Virus record (IMG/VR): IMGVR_UViG_3300021420_000044
Coordinates: 1-54,422 of that record
Strand: one strand, 5' to 3'
DNA: 54,422 bases
DNA from: a virus
Lineage: Duplodnaviria; Caudoviricetes
Of this stretch, positions 1 through 8,799 are shown piece by piece. A program made the position numbers and the translations under genes. A model generated the notes under the pieces. The model was not told where the DNA came from. It made no database searches and worked only from the letters and a program-made list of their open reading frames with translations. Within the stretch, counting starts at the first letter, position 1. Each line of letters begins with the position of its first letter.

Positions 1-140
1 ACTGCTGTAAGCCGGTAATGAGTTGGTTCTGGACCGTTTCGGTATGCGTCCCTGAATTGAACGAGTACGTGCTGTCCGCTCCAAACGCTCCAAGATTCCT
101 AAACTGCACTTCTGTAGTTGAGCCAGCAGGAGAGCCACTG
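1..140. repeat. Terminal direct repeat / circular-assembly overlap, copy 1
   Basis: 1-140 matches 54283-54422 except at offsets 8 (t/g) and 131 (a/c). Confidence 0.97.
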
Positions 141-847
141 ACTGTTGCGCATACCCATGACGACCCATTCCACTGCTCAACCTGCCCGTTAGAGCACGTC
201 GTAAGCAGGCTAATATTCAGACTGCCAGACGAGCCACCGCCTTGAAGACCAGACGCCCCTCCAGTCAATACCGCCGTGACCGTGCCATTCGTTCCACAAT
301 TCCACGCTGAGCCTGTCGATACTAGCGTCTGAGTATTCGGGCATGTGATGACTGCGATAGGCACCGACCCAGGCCCGCTTCCGCCTCCTACCAAGCCAAT
401 GCCTGCCGTGATGCCTACGATTCCCCCGCCTCCACCTCCCGCCGGTGGCAGGACTGGCGCTACAGCGTGAAGTTGGGAAGAAATATCCATCGCACCGCCA
501 GTAATCGTTATCAGCGCCGTGCCACAGTATTTTCCTGTCTGGTCGCAAAAGTCGATTTCCCACTGCGATGGAGTAGGAGTCACAACGTTGTTGTCCGCCA
601 AGCGCATTGTGAACTTAGCGAACGAATCGCAGCGGATGCCAGCAAGGTTGCCTTGAAAAACCGAGCCTGCAAGCAGGTATGGGCCAGGAAGGGATGACTG
701 CCCAATGAAACTCGCACTAACAGTGCAGCCCTGAAAAAGCGCTCCTGTGGGGTCAGTGATTTGAGCGCTTACTTGGACGAACTGGCTCCACGCCGCCGTG
801 CTGAGTAGCAGAACCAGCAGAAGCGAGATTGCGAATAGGCGTTTCAA
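1..847 (-). CDS. 5' part of a ~1190 aa signal-peptide-bearing fibre/tailspike-like protein that continues across the circular junction into 54282..51557
   Basis: Manual translation from TTG at 847 (overlaps the upstream TGA): MKRLFAISLLLVLLLSTAAWSQFVQVSAQITDPTG...; open to position 1; in frame with ORF 51557..54391 (847-109=738 nt = 246 codons). Missing from the ORF track because it has no stop in the window. Confidence 0.88.
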   Translation of the reverse strand, partial: MKRLFAISLLLVLLLSTAAWSQFVQVSAQITDPTGALFQGCTVSASFIGQSSLPGPYLLAGSVFQGNLAGIRCDSFAKFTMRLADNNVVTPTPSQWEIDFCDQTGKYCGTALITITGGAMDISSQLHAVAPVLPPAGGGGGGIVGITAGIGLVGGGSGPGSVPIAVITCPNTQTLVSTGSAWNCGTNGTVTAVLTGGASGLQGGGSSGSLNISLLTTCSNGQVEQWNGSSWVCATVSGSPAGSTTEVQFRNLGAFGADSTYSFNSGTHTETVQNQLITGLQQ

Positions 848-3800
848 TGGTTTACCCAATTCGTGCCATTGCAATACACCGGGATATGCACCGTGCCACC
901 AGCGGCCACTATTGCATTGTAAACAGGCGCAGCCGCCGCATCGCTGACTGCATTGAATGTCCCCTCTGCACCAGCGTTGCAGGTAGGAAGCGTTGCGACG
1001 GTTGGGATAACAGAGAGTTTTATAGGTCCAGCGAAACTCGTGCTTCCGTCAGCATTGAAATTCGTGATTTTCAGTGAACCGCTGGAATTGTTGATGAGTT
1101 GCAATCGGCCATTCAGCGTTCCAGCACCGTTAGGATCGGGCTTTAGACAGATGTCCACAGTGGGCAGACCGGCAGCCGTTCCAGCACCCCAGCACACTGG
1201 CACGCTGGCCTTTTGGTCAAAGGTGAAGTTTGAGATAGGTGCGCTGATGCCGCTGTTCCGTTTAAAGGACCAGTTACGCAACAGGACAGTCCCTAGCACA
1301 CCCGCCCCCGTACCCTGTCCGCCTGAAGGAACGCCTACAAGTACGCCATCATAGTGGTAAGAAACATTCAGTCCATCCAGAGCGAAGCACGATGGCGAAA
1401 TTGTGCAGTACCAATCCGTGCGCGTGACCTGAAGATTTCTGACGCTTCCAATACCGCCTGTATTAACAGTCAACCCAGGCACGAACAGGCCGTCAATAAT
1501 ACTTTCGTTTCCACCCCCAACGTACTTAGTGAAACCTGCCCAAGTTGCACCGCCCGAAGTGGTCTGTGTGCCCCATGCAGGCTCCACAATGTAACGCGAA
1601 GTTGCGTCAGGCGAAGCAGTTGTTATCGTGTTGAAGTCCGTAACCCATCCCGCCGTGCAGGTAAATGTCGTAGCCGTGTTCGAGGTGACCACGCAGTATT
1701 GATTCGCGCCTGTGCCGGAAAGCACGGAGACATACCATCCAATCCATGCGTTCACCGTCAAACCGCCAACCGAGTCTACTAAAGTAGTGGCGCTGCCACT
1801 GCTTGCAGATAAAGGCGCGGCAGGCTGCCCTAGTCCACTCAACGCGCCGGAGACTGTAATTTTGTAATAGACTCCATGACCTCCAGCCTGCGAGCCTTGG
1901 ATGACCTGACCAACAGCTGGACTGGTGCCAGGATTCCCGAGGAACGCCGCCTGGTCTACGGTGAAACTGTTCTTCACGTAAAACGCGCACGATCCCCCAA
2001 AAAGGAACAGGCTCTCAGAACGAACGTCGTCAATCTCCACTCCCCCGCCAGCCGGGACGCTGGTTGCAAATATGTCGTATCCCGTTTGTGTGTTGAATCC
2101 ATTCTCAAACGTCGTGCCATCTATTTTGAGCAGCCCGCCTCCGAAATCCTCGATGCCGTAAGCAGTGCAGCCTTGCACGTCCCCGCCAAACCATGTGATA
2201 GCGACTGCGTTGGTGGCTATTGTGGTGGCTACGCCGCCAGAGCCGGAGCCGATCATGTAGCAGGCTTCGGTAAATCCGCTGGCCAGGTTGTTGTGGAAAT
2301 AGATGTTCGACCCTTGCGCCCCTCCACCGGCAGGAGAAACTTGAAAGCCAATTGCTGCCAATCCGCCGCCTTGCCATGCGTTACGATGAAAGTCTATGAA
2401 TTGTGTAGATAAATCGGCTCCCTGCGCTCCGGTGTAATCCATTATCACCAGAGGGTGAGCTATATCCTGAGCCACGGTAGAAGACCATGCGAAATCCTCA
2501 AATACTCCGTAAGATACGGATTGTCCATTGAACAATGTGGTATTTACTGTTGTTTCGTTTAGCCCACAGGCAGCACGCTGTGAGCACGTCCATTTGAATC
2601 CGTTCATGTGGTAAACGTTCAGGGTTCCATTCACGTTGTACAAGCCAGAAAAGTGCAACTCGCGGTTGTAGTTATTCAACGTGCTCCCGTTGACTCGATT
2701 TGTGCCATACGCTCCATTGATAGCCGCTTGCAGCGCAGGGGTGTTAACCGCAGCAGTCGCAACAGGTGCAGCCCCCCACCATTCGGGAAATACCTTATCG
2801 ATTGCGGTGTTGTTGGTTAGGTCAATGGTTCCTTGACCTGGGTTGGCATTGTAGAAAATCTGTTGCACTGGACTGATAATCGTGCCCTGAATGTTTATCT
2901 TGGCCGAGGTCGGTATCACTGAGATGATGCTGTAGGACCAGTACCTATTGAGGGGGATGCTGGCTGGATCGTCGGTGATTGTCTGCGTTGCAGATTGCGC
3001 TCCACCGGGAGATACGAGTCTGTATTCCGCGCACAGAGATTCCCCGTAGCCATTGACGGGCTGGGTTTGTCCTCCCACGCTTCCCGCCGCTCCTGCTGGC
3101 TGGGTATATCCAGTCCCCTGTGTGCAAGTTTCGTTCTTGTAGGTTTGCCCGCCGTAACCAATGAGAAGCGCCCCGGTAGTAGTGGTCACTGGCCCCGCAG
3201 CCATAGTGAGGGTTCCAGCACCCCTGTTTTCGTTCGCGTTAACCCCTGCGTCTAATCCGACAATTGGTCCCATGCCGGAAATTTCCCACGCAATGCAGGA
3301 ATTGGCTACGGTTGCCACAAGGGGAAGAGTTACGGTGACCGTACCGCCGGTTATGTTGGAGGCAGCCCAGCTTGTATTGACGCTGGTAAGATTGTATCCC
3401 TGTTGGAGAAGTCCAGAATACCGATTGCCGCCTGTGTCGGTTGGAGGAGTAAGCAGCAGCGAGCCGGTATAGTAGTGGTTCTCCATGAAGATAATGGCGT
3501 TGCCAGCGGTGGTTCCCGTAAGCGTCACGGAACAACTGTTCGTCAAAACCGCTCCATTAACAATTCCACTGCCTTGCACGAAACCAGCTCCTCCAGGAAC
3601 CGTGGAACTATTTATCGCTTTCAAGCCGCCATTTTGAGAGAACTGCAATGTTACGTTTGAGGGAAACGCGATAGATGAAAGTGCGCTTATTCCAGTGAAC
3701 AACAACGTCGCAGGATTACTTCCTATAGCGGTTAAGGCCCGAACTACAGCAGGGGCATCGTCGGTGGTGCCATTTTGAACCGCTCCATAGTCCCTAACGT

Positions 3801-4263
3801 CAAACACTGGCTTCACCTGATACACTGCTGGCTGATTCACACCGTTAGAAACTAATGCCGAGCCATTTGCGACGCCAGTTGGTAAACCTCCACCTCCTCC
3901 ACCCGAAGTACACGCAAGGGCTGGAATACTCCCCGTGATGCTTTGCGTTGCCCCGCTGATGGTCAGAGTCGTATTGACGCACGTCGTCAAATCCTTCGCA
4001 CAGACATCAAATCTCCACTGCGAGTTGGTAGCAGACAGTTTTGTGTTGTCCGCCAATGGCATGCTGAATGCTCCATTTGCATCCAGTGTTTGCTCCACGG
4101 GAGTTGGAGGCGGCGTCCCACTGGAATTGAATGTCTGCCCCGCAGGAGTCAAATTGGCAGTTATTTTACCGCCAGAACAGCCCGCTAAAACCCCGCTCAC
4201 AGTCGTGTACTGACAGAAGGCCGTCAGCGGGAACAGCAACACGAATAGGAGCAGAAGTCTCAT
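844..4263 (-). CDS. Tailspike/fibre-like protein with signal peptide and pectate-lyase-like beta-helix regions (1139 aa)
   Basis: VFDVRDYGAVQNGTTDDAPAV and FPEWWGA...NTPALQAAIN are typical starts of tailspike beta-helix domains; G/T/S/N-rich; N-terminus MRLLLLFVLLFPLTAFC|Q. Confidence 0.8.
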   Translation of the reverse strand: MRLLLLFVLLFPLTAFCQYTTVSGVLAGCSGGKITANLTPAGQTFNSSGTPPPTPVEQTLDANGAFSMPLADNTKLSATNSQWRFDVCAKDLTTCVNTTLTISGATQSITGSIPALACTSGGGGGGLPTGVANGSALVSNGVNQPAVYQVKPVFDVRDYGAVQNGTTDDAPAVVRALTAIGSNPATLLFTGISALSSIAFPSNVTLQFSQNGGLKAINSSTVPGGAGFVQGSGIVNGAVLTNSCSVTLTGTTAGNAIIFMENHYYTGSLLLTPPTDTGGNRYSGLLQQGYNLTSVNTSWAASNITGGTVTVTLPLVATVANSCIAWEISGMGPIVGLDAGVNANENRGAGTLTMAAGPVTTTTGALLIGYGGQTYKNETCTQGTGYTQPAGAAGSVGGQTQPVNGYGESLCAEYRLVSPGGAQSATQTITDDPASIPLNRYWSYSIISVIPTSAKINIQGTIISPVQQIFYNANPGQGTIDLTNNTAIDKVFPEWWGAAPVATAAVNTPALQAAINGAYGTNRVNGSTLNNYNRELHFSGLYNVNGTLNVYHMNGFKWTCSQRAACGLNETTVNTTLFNGQSVSYGVFEDFAWSSTVAQDIAHPLVIMDYTGAQGADLSTQFIDFHRNAWQGGGLAAIGFQVSPAGGGAQGSNIYFHNNLASGFTEACYMIGSGSGGVATTIATNAVAITWFGGDVQGCTAYGIEDFGGGLLKIDGTTFENGFNTQTGYDIFATSVPAGGGVEIDDVRSESLFLFGGSCAFYVKNSFTVDQAAFLGNPGTSPAVGQVIQGSQAGGHGVYYKITVSGALSGLGQPAAPLSASSGSATTLVDSVGGLTVNAWIGWYVSVLSGTGANQYCVVTSNTATTFTCTAGWVTDFNTITTASPDATSRYIVEPAWGTQTTSGGATWAGFTKYVGGGNESIIDGLFVPGLTVNTGGIGSVRNLQVTRTDWYCTISPSCFALDGLNVSYHYDGVLVGVPSGGQGTGAGVLGTVLLRNWSFKRNSGISAPISNFTFDQKASVPVCWGAGTAAGLPTVDICLKPDPNGAGTLNGRLQLINNSSGSLKITNFNADGSTSFAGPIKLSVIPTVATLPTCNAGAEGTFNAVSDAAAAPVYNAIVAAGGTVHIPVYCNGTNWVNH

Positions 4264-4542
4264 TCAGCTCACGTACAGCACGTCAACAATGTCATTCTGT
4301 GTTCCAGCTACCCACCAATCGAAAAGATTCGTCGCATACACTGCCACAGGGCCAGAATTGATTGAGCCGCCTGCCGGTCCCGCCGCGATTCTTATGCCAT
4401 TAGTCGCAGTCACGGTGCTGTCACCGATTGTCATGGTGTGCGCGGCGTTGTTCTGAATGATGATTTGACGGCACGGTACGGAAGTCGCGCTGAACTGCGT
4501 TGCAGCGGCTCCAATCGTTATCTGTTTCAGGATGACTGCCAT
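4264..4542 (-). CDS. Small beta-rich virion protein without signal peptide
   Basis: 92 aa; RBS gaggac; abuts the fibre block. Confidence 0.6.
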   Translation of the reverse strand: MAVILKQITIGAAATQFSATSVPCRQIIIQNNAAHTMTIGDSTVTATNGIRIAAGPAGGSINSGPVAVYATNLFDWWVAGTQNDIVDVLYVS

Positions 4543-4551
4543 AAAATGTCC

Positions 4552-5754
4552 TCATTCCTTGCTGCCACTTTCCACGACTGAACGCACCAGCGAACCAGCA
4601 AGCGGCTCTCCTATCTTTGCGCCTGCGTAGCCAAGCGGGAGAGGGTGGCCAATGCCAGCCAAACCAGCACTGTAGCCAGCGAGTTTTCCGCTAACGTAGC
4701 CGATACCTAAAGCTCTCTCTCTCCACCTCATAGCCTTGGCGTATTCTGCGTTCGCTCGCTTGAATACCGTATCCACCCCGTAGGGCTTGAACGCCTCAAC
4801 CGTAGCCCTATCGAGCGCTTTAGCCATGTCCTTTGAAAGACGGTGCATCTTGCCGCCTTTTTTCCCGAAATCATCCCACGGAACAGCCTCATTAATCGCT
4901 GTTTTGAAGTCCTGAGACGCCCTGTAATCTAGTGGCATCATTGGGCTTCCAGGAGTGTCTATGGCGGCGTTAGGCTGACCCGGAATGCTCGTAGGCGCAC
5001 CTTTGGACCGACTTTCGATCCACTCGATGAACTTGTTTATCGGAGGCGGGATGCTGAACCCTTTCTTTTCCAGCAATTTTGCCTTCTGCGCGATGGCATA
5101 CGCTTCAGAATGGTCAATAGGAACGTCACCATAGGCGCTAGAAAGCCGTTTGTACGCCTCTACGGCCCTCGTATGGCTTCCAATGAGAGAACCGGGCTTG
5201 GTAGCATCCACAGGTGCCGTAAAACGCTTTCCAGCAGTCTCCGTAATCGAACCTTCCTCGCCTCCCGGCATGTAAAATGCCGCCGCATCGCCAACGAGAT
5301 TTGATGGAGGTTCTTTTCTGGCTAGTCGTCCGGGGAGTCCAAACGCGGAGACGTTGTAATAGCTCTGGGCCAGTTTTCCGACCAAATCGGTTACGTCCCG
5401 AGGGACAGCCATCATCATGCCCTTAACGTCTCCCTTGTCCCGCGCTTCCTTGAATCGAGCACGGCTCTCCGTCAGGAACTGGCCCGGCATGTCGGCCATT
5501 GCATCGAAGTTTTGCCCCATGCGGTCCAGAATCTTGCTAGTTTCGGACTTCTGCGGCCCAGCGGGAGTAGTCGGAGCCGCTTTTGCTGGTTCCTGCTTAG
5601 GTGCAGGTGTAGCGTCTTGAGCCAGAACCTTGCCGTAGTCGGGATACTTCGCCAGAATCGACTGCACTAGCTTGTCGTCAGGGATAGAGGCGTACTGCGG
5701 ATATTTCGTCTTGATCCGCTTGGCAAACTCCGCTTTAGACACGGTTTCCGGCAT
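4552..5754 (-). CDS. Putative internal virion (ejection) protein
   Basis: N-terminal KYPQY..IPDDKL...ILAKYPDY motif; helical A/K-rich; hydrophobic Gly-rich C-terminus; last of four genes after the nozzle. Confidence 0.6.
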   Translation of the reverse strand: MPETVSKAEFAKRIKTKYPQYASIPDDKLVQSILAKYPDYGKVLAQDATPAPKQEPAKAAPTTPAGPQKSETSKILDRMGQNFDAMADMPGQFLTESRARFKEARDKGDVKGMMMAVPRDVTDLVGKLAQSYYNVSAFGLPGRLARKEPPSNLVGDAAAFYMPGGEEGSITETAGKRFTAPVDATKPGSLIGSHTRAVEAYKRLSSAYGDVPIDHSEAYAIAQKAKLLEKKGFSIPPPINKFIEWIESRSKGAPTSIPGQPNAAIDTPGSPMMPLDYRASQDFKTAINEAVPWDDFGKKGGKMHRLSKDMAKALDRATVEAFKPYGVDTVFKRANAEYAKAMRWRERALGIGYVSGKLAGYSAGLAGIGHPLPLGYAGAKIGEPLAGSLVRSVVESGSKE

Positions 5755-6840
5755 TTACTTCCCCAACACCCCCAAGGGGTCAGCAAACGAAGGCGCTGCT
5801 TCCTGTCCCAATGATTCCTTGGCTTCATCCACAATTCCCTGAAGAAAAATGGCCTTCTCGTACAACTGCTGCGGAGTGTCTGAGGGAGAAGGAAGATGCT
5901 GTTTGATGGTTTCAAACGTGTACTTACTCCGACCAATGATTGACCACGGACCAGCACCCATAATTTGTAGGGCAGCGGCAGTTTTTATCAAATCGCCAGA
6001 GAGCTTTTCAGGAGCTACGCCACGGTTGTAGCCAAACATACGAAGATGTTGCATCAAGGCAGAGTGATTCCCGAATACCCAATCATTGTCCGTTTCCAAC
6101 CCAGCGTCTTCGATGATTTTCTTTAACTGTCCCACCTTCGGCTCAATTTGGCGGACCACGTCTGCTAGGGCAGTCTCTTTCGCATTGAGCTTGCGCTTGG
6201 CATCCATCTTGTTCTCGCGCATGTACGTGGCTATTGCACCGCGCTCTTTGGTCGGGAAGTCTTTTAACGTGGCAAGGCCGGATTCAATATCTTTAGCCTT
6301 GTCCGCTATCGAACGCGCATCTCCACTCCCTGTCCCTGCACCACGAGCCGCCAATTTTCCGATGATGTCACTCTGAATCGGCTTCTTCGTCGGGTCCTTG
6401 GACATGTAGACGAATCGCCCTTTGCTGTCCTGCTTAATCTCGTAGTCCGATTCAGGCTTGTCCTTGAAAAACAGTTTGTCGGTAATCTCTGGACTAGGGT
6501 CCTTGCCGTGAATGGTTTTGTACTGACGAACGAATTCCTTCAGCGGATCGTCTACTTCCCCTTCGGGAAGGTCAATCATCTTTGCCTGATCTGGGTCCCA
6601 AAAGCGCTGGAACTTCTTGCCGCCTTCGGTGTACGACTGGCCCATAGCAAGCGGTCTGCGAGCCGCCAGTTTCTCTAAGAAGAAGCGCTGCTGCTGTAGA
6701 TTGGCTTCATCCTGTGCTCGCTTGTCGGCCAATTGGCGCAGAACCATCTCTTTGTCGGCACGTTCGCTGTCTTGGCGAAGTACGCCAGCTTTCCCGTAAG
6801 ACTCTCCGAGTTGGCCCAACGCGCTAGCGAACGCGGACAT
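5755..6840 (-). CDS. Putative internal virion (ejection) protein
   Basis: MSAFASALGQLGE N-terminus, Q/E/R-rich coiled segment, C-terminal DPLG; position. Confidence 0.6.
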   Translation of the reverse strand: MSAFASALGQLGESYGKAGVLRQDSERADKEMVLRQLADKRAQDEANLQQQRFFLEKLAARRPLAMGQSYTEGGKKFQRFWDPDQAKMIDLPEGEVDDPLKEFVRQYKTIHGKDPSPEITDKLFFKDKPESDYEIKQDSKGRFVYMSKDPTKKPIQSDIIGKLAARGAGTGSGDARSIADKAKDIESGLATLKDFPTKERGAIATYMRENKMDAKRKLNAKETALADVVRQIEPKVGQLKKIIEDAGLETDNDWVFGNHSALMQHLRMFGYNRGVAPEKLSGDLIKTAAALQIMGAGPWSIIGRSKYTFETIKQHLPSPSDTPQQLYEKAIFLQGIVDEAKESLGQEAAPSFADPLGVLGK

Positions 6841-6843
6841 TTT

Positions 6844-7050
6844 CTACTCCACTTTCTCCTTTAGGCATATCGCGCATTTTCCCTGAAGCGTGTAGCCAAG
6901 TGGATGACTACAGTCCACTCTTGCGCGTCTCATGCGGTCACGCATTTGCTCCGTCGCTGCCATCTCAAACACCGCCAAGCCTACGACTTGGAGAATTACC
7001 AGCAGAACAAATACTGGTACCACCAGCGCAATGAGACTTAGTATTCTCAT
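6844..7050 (-). CDS. Small membrane protein with C-terminal Cys/His motif
   Basis: Hydrophobic N-terminal half; CSH...CAIC; coupled to neighbours. Confidence 0.5.
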   Translation of the reverse strand: MRILSLIALVVPVFVLLVILQVVGLAVFEMAATEQMRDRMRRARVDCSHPLGYTLQGKCAICLKEKVE

Positions 7051-7286
7051 ACAAGCGGTTTCCCAAGATATTCCATTTGCTCCCGCAACTGCCAGCCAAG
7101 GGCTATGGCTCCGAGCACTGTCGATTTTGCCGAATACTCCTTTGGCGACTCGTAGATTCTTTTTATGTATTCCGACTCAGCAAACAGCGCAAAAAGTTCT
7201 GACGCACGGTGAGGGTCTTCTACTTGAACCATCTCAAAAGCTTTGTCTATTGTCTCAGGATAAATATGCAACACTTGTCCCATCAT
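7047..7286 (-). CDS. Hypothetical protein
   Basis: RBS aggagga; ATGA overlap with the next gene. Confidence 0.6.
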   Translation of the reverse strand: MMGQVLHIYPETIDKAFEMVQVEDPHRASELFALFAESEYIKRIYESPKEYSAKSTVLGAIALGWQLREQMEYLGKPLV

Positions 7287-7297
7287 TTCCTCCTAAG

Positions 7298-7918
7298 TTA
7301 ACTCCCCCACACTGGTACAGAACTGGACATGGAATCGGGATTGAAAATGTCCGTAGGAAATGGGCTGAACGCGCTCGACGGTAAGCCAGTTGGCGACATA
7401 CCGGGAGACGACCCATCGTTACCGAGATTTGTTCCGGGAGCGTAGTTTGAACTGTAATCCACTCCCGGTGCTGGCTTCTTGTTGAGCGCCTGCATGAGCA
7501 TGAACAGCGGCATAGACGTATCTGCGGTCGGTCCTGCCGTTTGCGGCATGATTCCGAGCGAGTTCATTGCTGCTTGAATCGCCATCTGCTGCTCATTCTG
7601 CTGGTATGGTGCTAACGCTTGTGCGTACACGTCGGCGCTGATGGTTGGAGAAGAGGAGAGGCCACGTTCCCCCAACGCAGCCTGCACCTGGTTCTCCACC
7701 CCGCTCGTCAGACCCTTGCTCAAGGGCTGCTCGAAACCGGAGATGTACTTGTTCATCTTGGTAGGGTCTTTGGACAACGACTCCAGAAAGTTCTGGCGCT
7801 CGTTCGTCTTGCGCTGATTGAGCCAGTTTCCTAGAAAGCCTGCTCCAGCCGCTCCAGCAGGGATAATCTTGCTGGCGTTTTGGCCGATAAACGAGAAGAT
7901 TGACATGATTTGTTCCAT
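7298..7918 (-). CDS. Putative internal virion (pilot/ejection) protein
   Basis: GAAGAGFLG segment, Q/A-rich, ERGLSSS motif; RBS aggaga. Confidence 0.6.
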   Translation of the reverse strand: MEQIMSIFSFIGQNASKIIPAGAAGAGFLGNWLNQRKTNERQNFLESLSKDPTKMNKYISGFEQPLSKGLTSGVENQVQAALGERGLSSSPTISADVYAQALAPYQQNEQQMAIQAAMNSLGIMPQTAGPTADTSMPLFMLMQALNKKPAPGVDYSSNYAPGTNLGNDGSSPGMSPTGLPSSAFSPFPTDIFNPDSMSSSVPVWGS

Positions 7919-7926
7919 AATGTCTC

Positions 7927-8397
7927 CTATGCCAGCGAAGGCTCTGCGTTCGACTCTCCGCTGTTGAATAATCTCCTGATTGCATCCGTCAACCCGCCCC
8001 CAGACGGCCCACTAGACGGTGACACGCCGCTGAATACCCCTTCCCCGGTCAGTCCCGGAGCACCACCACCACTGGCTCCACCCCCGCTATACAGAGTCCT
8101 CTGTGCCTCCCCCAGACTTCCGGGATTTCCTGTCAGGGAAGCGACCATTTGCGAGAAGGATTCCTGCGTCAAGTCTCCGCCAACCTGTCCTTGAAGACCG
8201 GGAGCAGCTGCTTTGAACGCTTCTTGCTTGGTGAGTTGGTCTTGCTGCTGTGTGTGTAGTTGCTGCTGCCGGAGCGAGTCTTGTTGCTGCTTGAGGTTGC
8301 TGGAGGGGCTGAACGTCCCTGCTAATTGCAGGCCAGTCGTGGTAGCGGCGGTAGCGGCTGGAATAATCCACGGCAATGCAGCGACAAACCACGGCAT
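7927..8397 (-). CDS. Putative internal virion (ejection) protein
   Basis: Start refined to ATG 8397 (MPWFVAALPW); Q-rich then G/S-rich; follows the GNAT-like gene as in podoviruses. Confidence 0.6.
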   Translation of the reverse strand: MPWFVAALPWIIPAATAATTTGLQLAGTFSPSSNLKQQQDSLRQQQLHTQQQDQLTKQEAFKAAAPGLQGQVGGDLTQESFSQMVASLTGNPGSLGEAQRTLYSGGGASGGGAPGLTGEGVFSGVSPSSGPSGGGLTDAIRRLFNSGESNAEPSLA

Positions 8398-8399
8398 AA

Positions 8400-8798
8400 T
8401 TAATACCCCGTTTCCGTTGTACCGAACGCCCACGCACCGTAGGACGGCAGCAGCATTCCACCATGCTTTTGCACGATTCGCATGAGCTTCACTTCCTGCT
8501 TGTTGCAGTCATCCAGAAACAGCATAAATCCCATACAGCCACGCTCTTTAGCTTCCGCCAGTATTCGTCGGTAGGCTAACATGACCCAAGACTTAGGAGC
8601 ACTCGGGATGGCGGTAATCCGAAAAAGAAAAAGTATTCCATGCACGTTAGCGGCGAGCACCTGACCAACAATTTCCCCCTCGTATTCCGCGACCCACTGC
8701 CAGTTGTAGTCAATCGGGAAAAGGTCAAGACTCCCCATCAACTCAGGTGGCAACGTCTCGCCCTCTTCCCTGTTGCGAATTGTGATTGTGCTCAGCAT
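8400..8798 (-). CDS. GNAT-fold (acetyltransferase-like) virion assembly protein
   Basis: WVAEYEGEIVG and LAEAKERGC segments; located between nozzle and ejection genes. Confidence 0.55.
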   Translation of the reverse strand: MLSTITIRNREEGETLPPELMGSLDLFPIDYNWQWVAEYEGEIVGQVLAANVHGILFLFRITAIPSAPKSWVMLAYRRILAEAKERGCMGFMLFLDDCNKQEVKLMRIVQKHGGMLLPSYGAWAFGTTETGY

Positions 8799-8799
8799 T

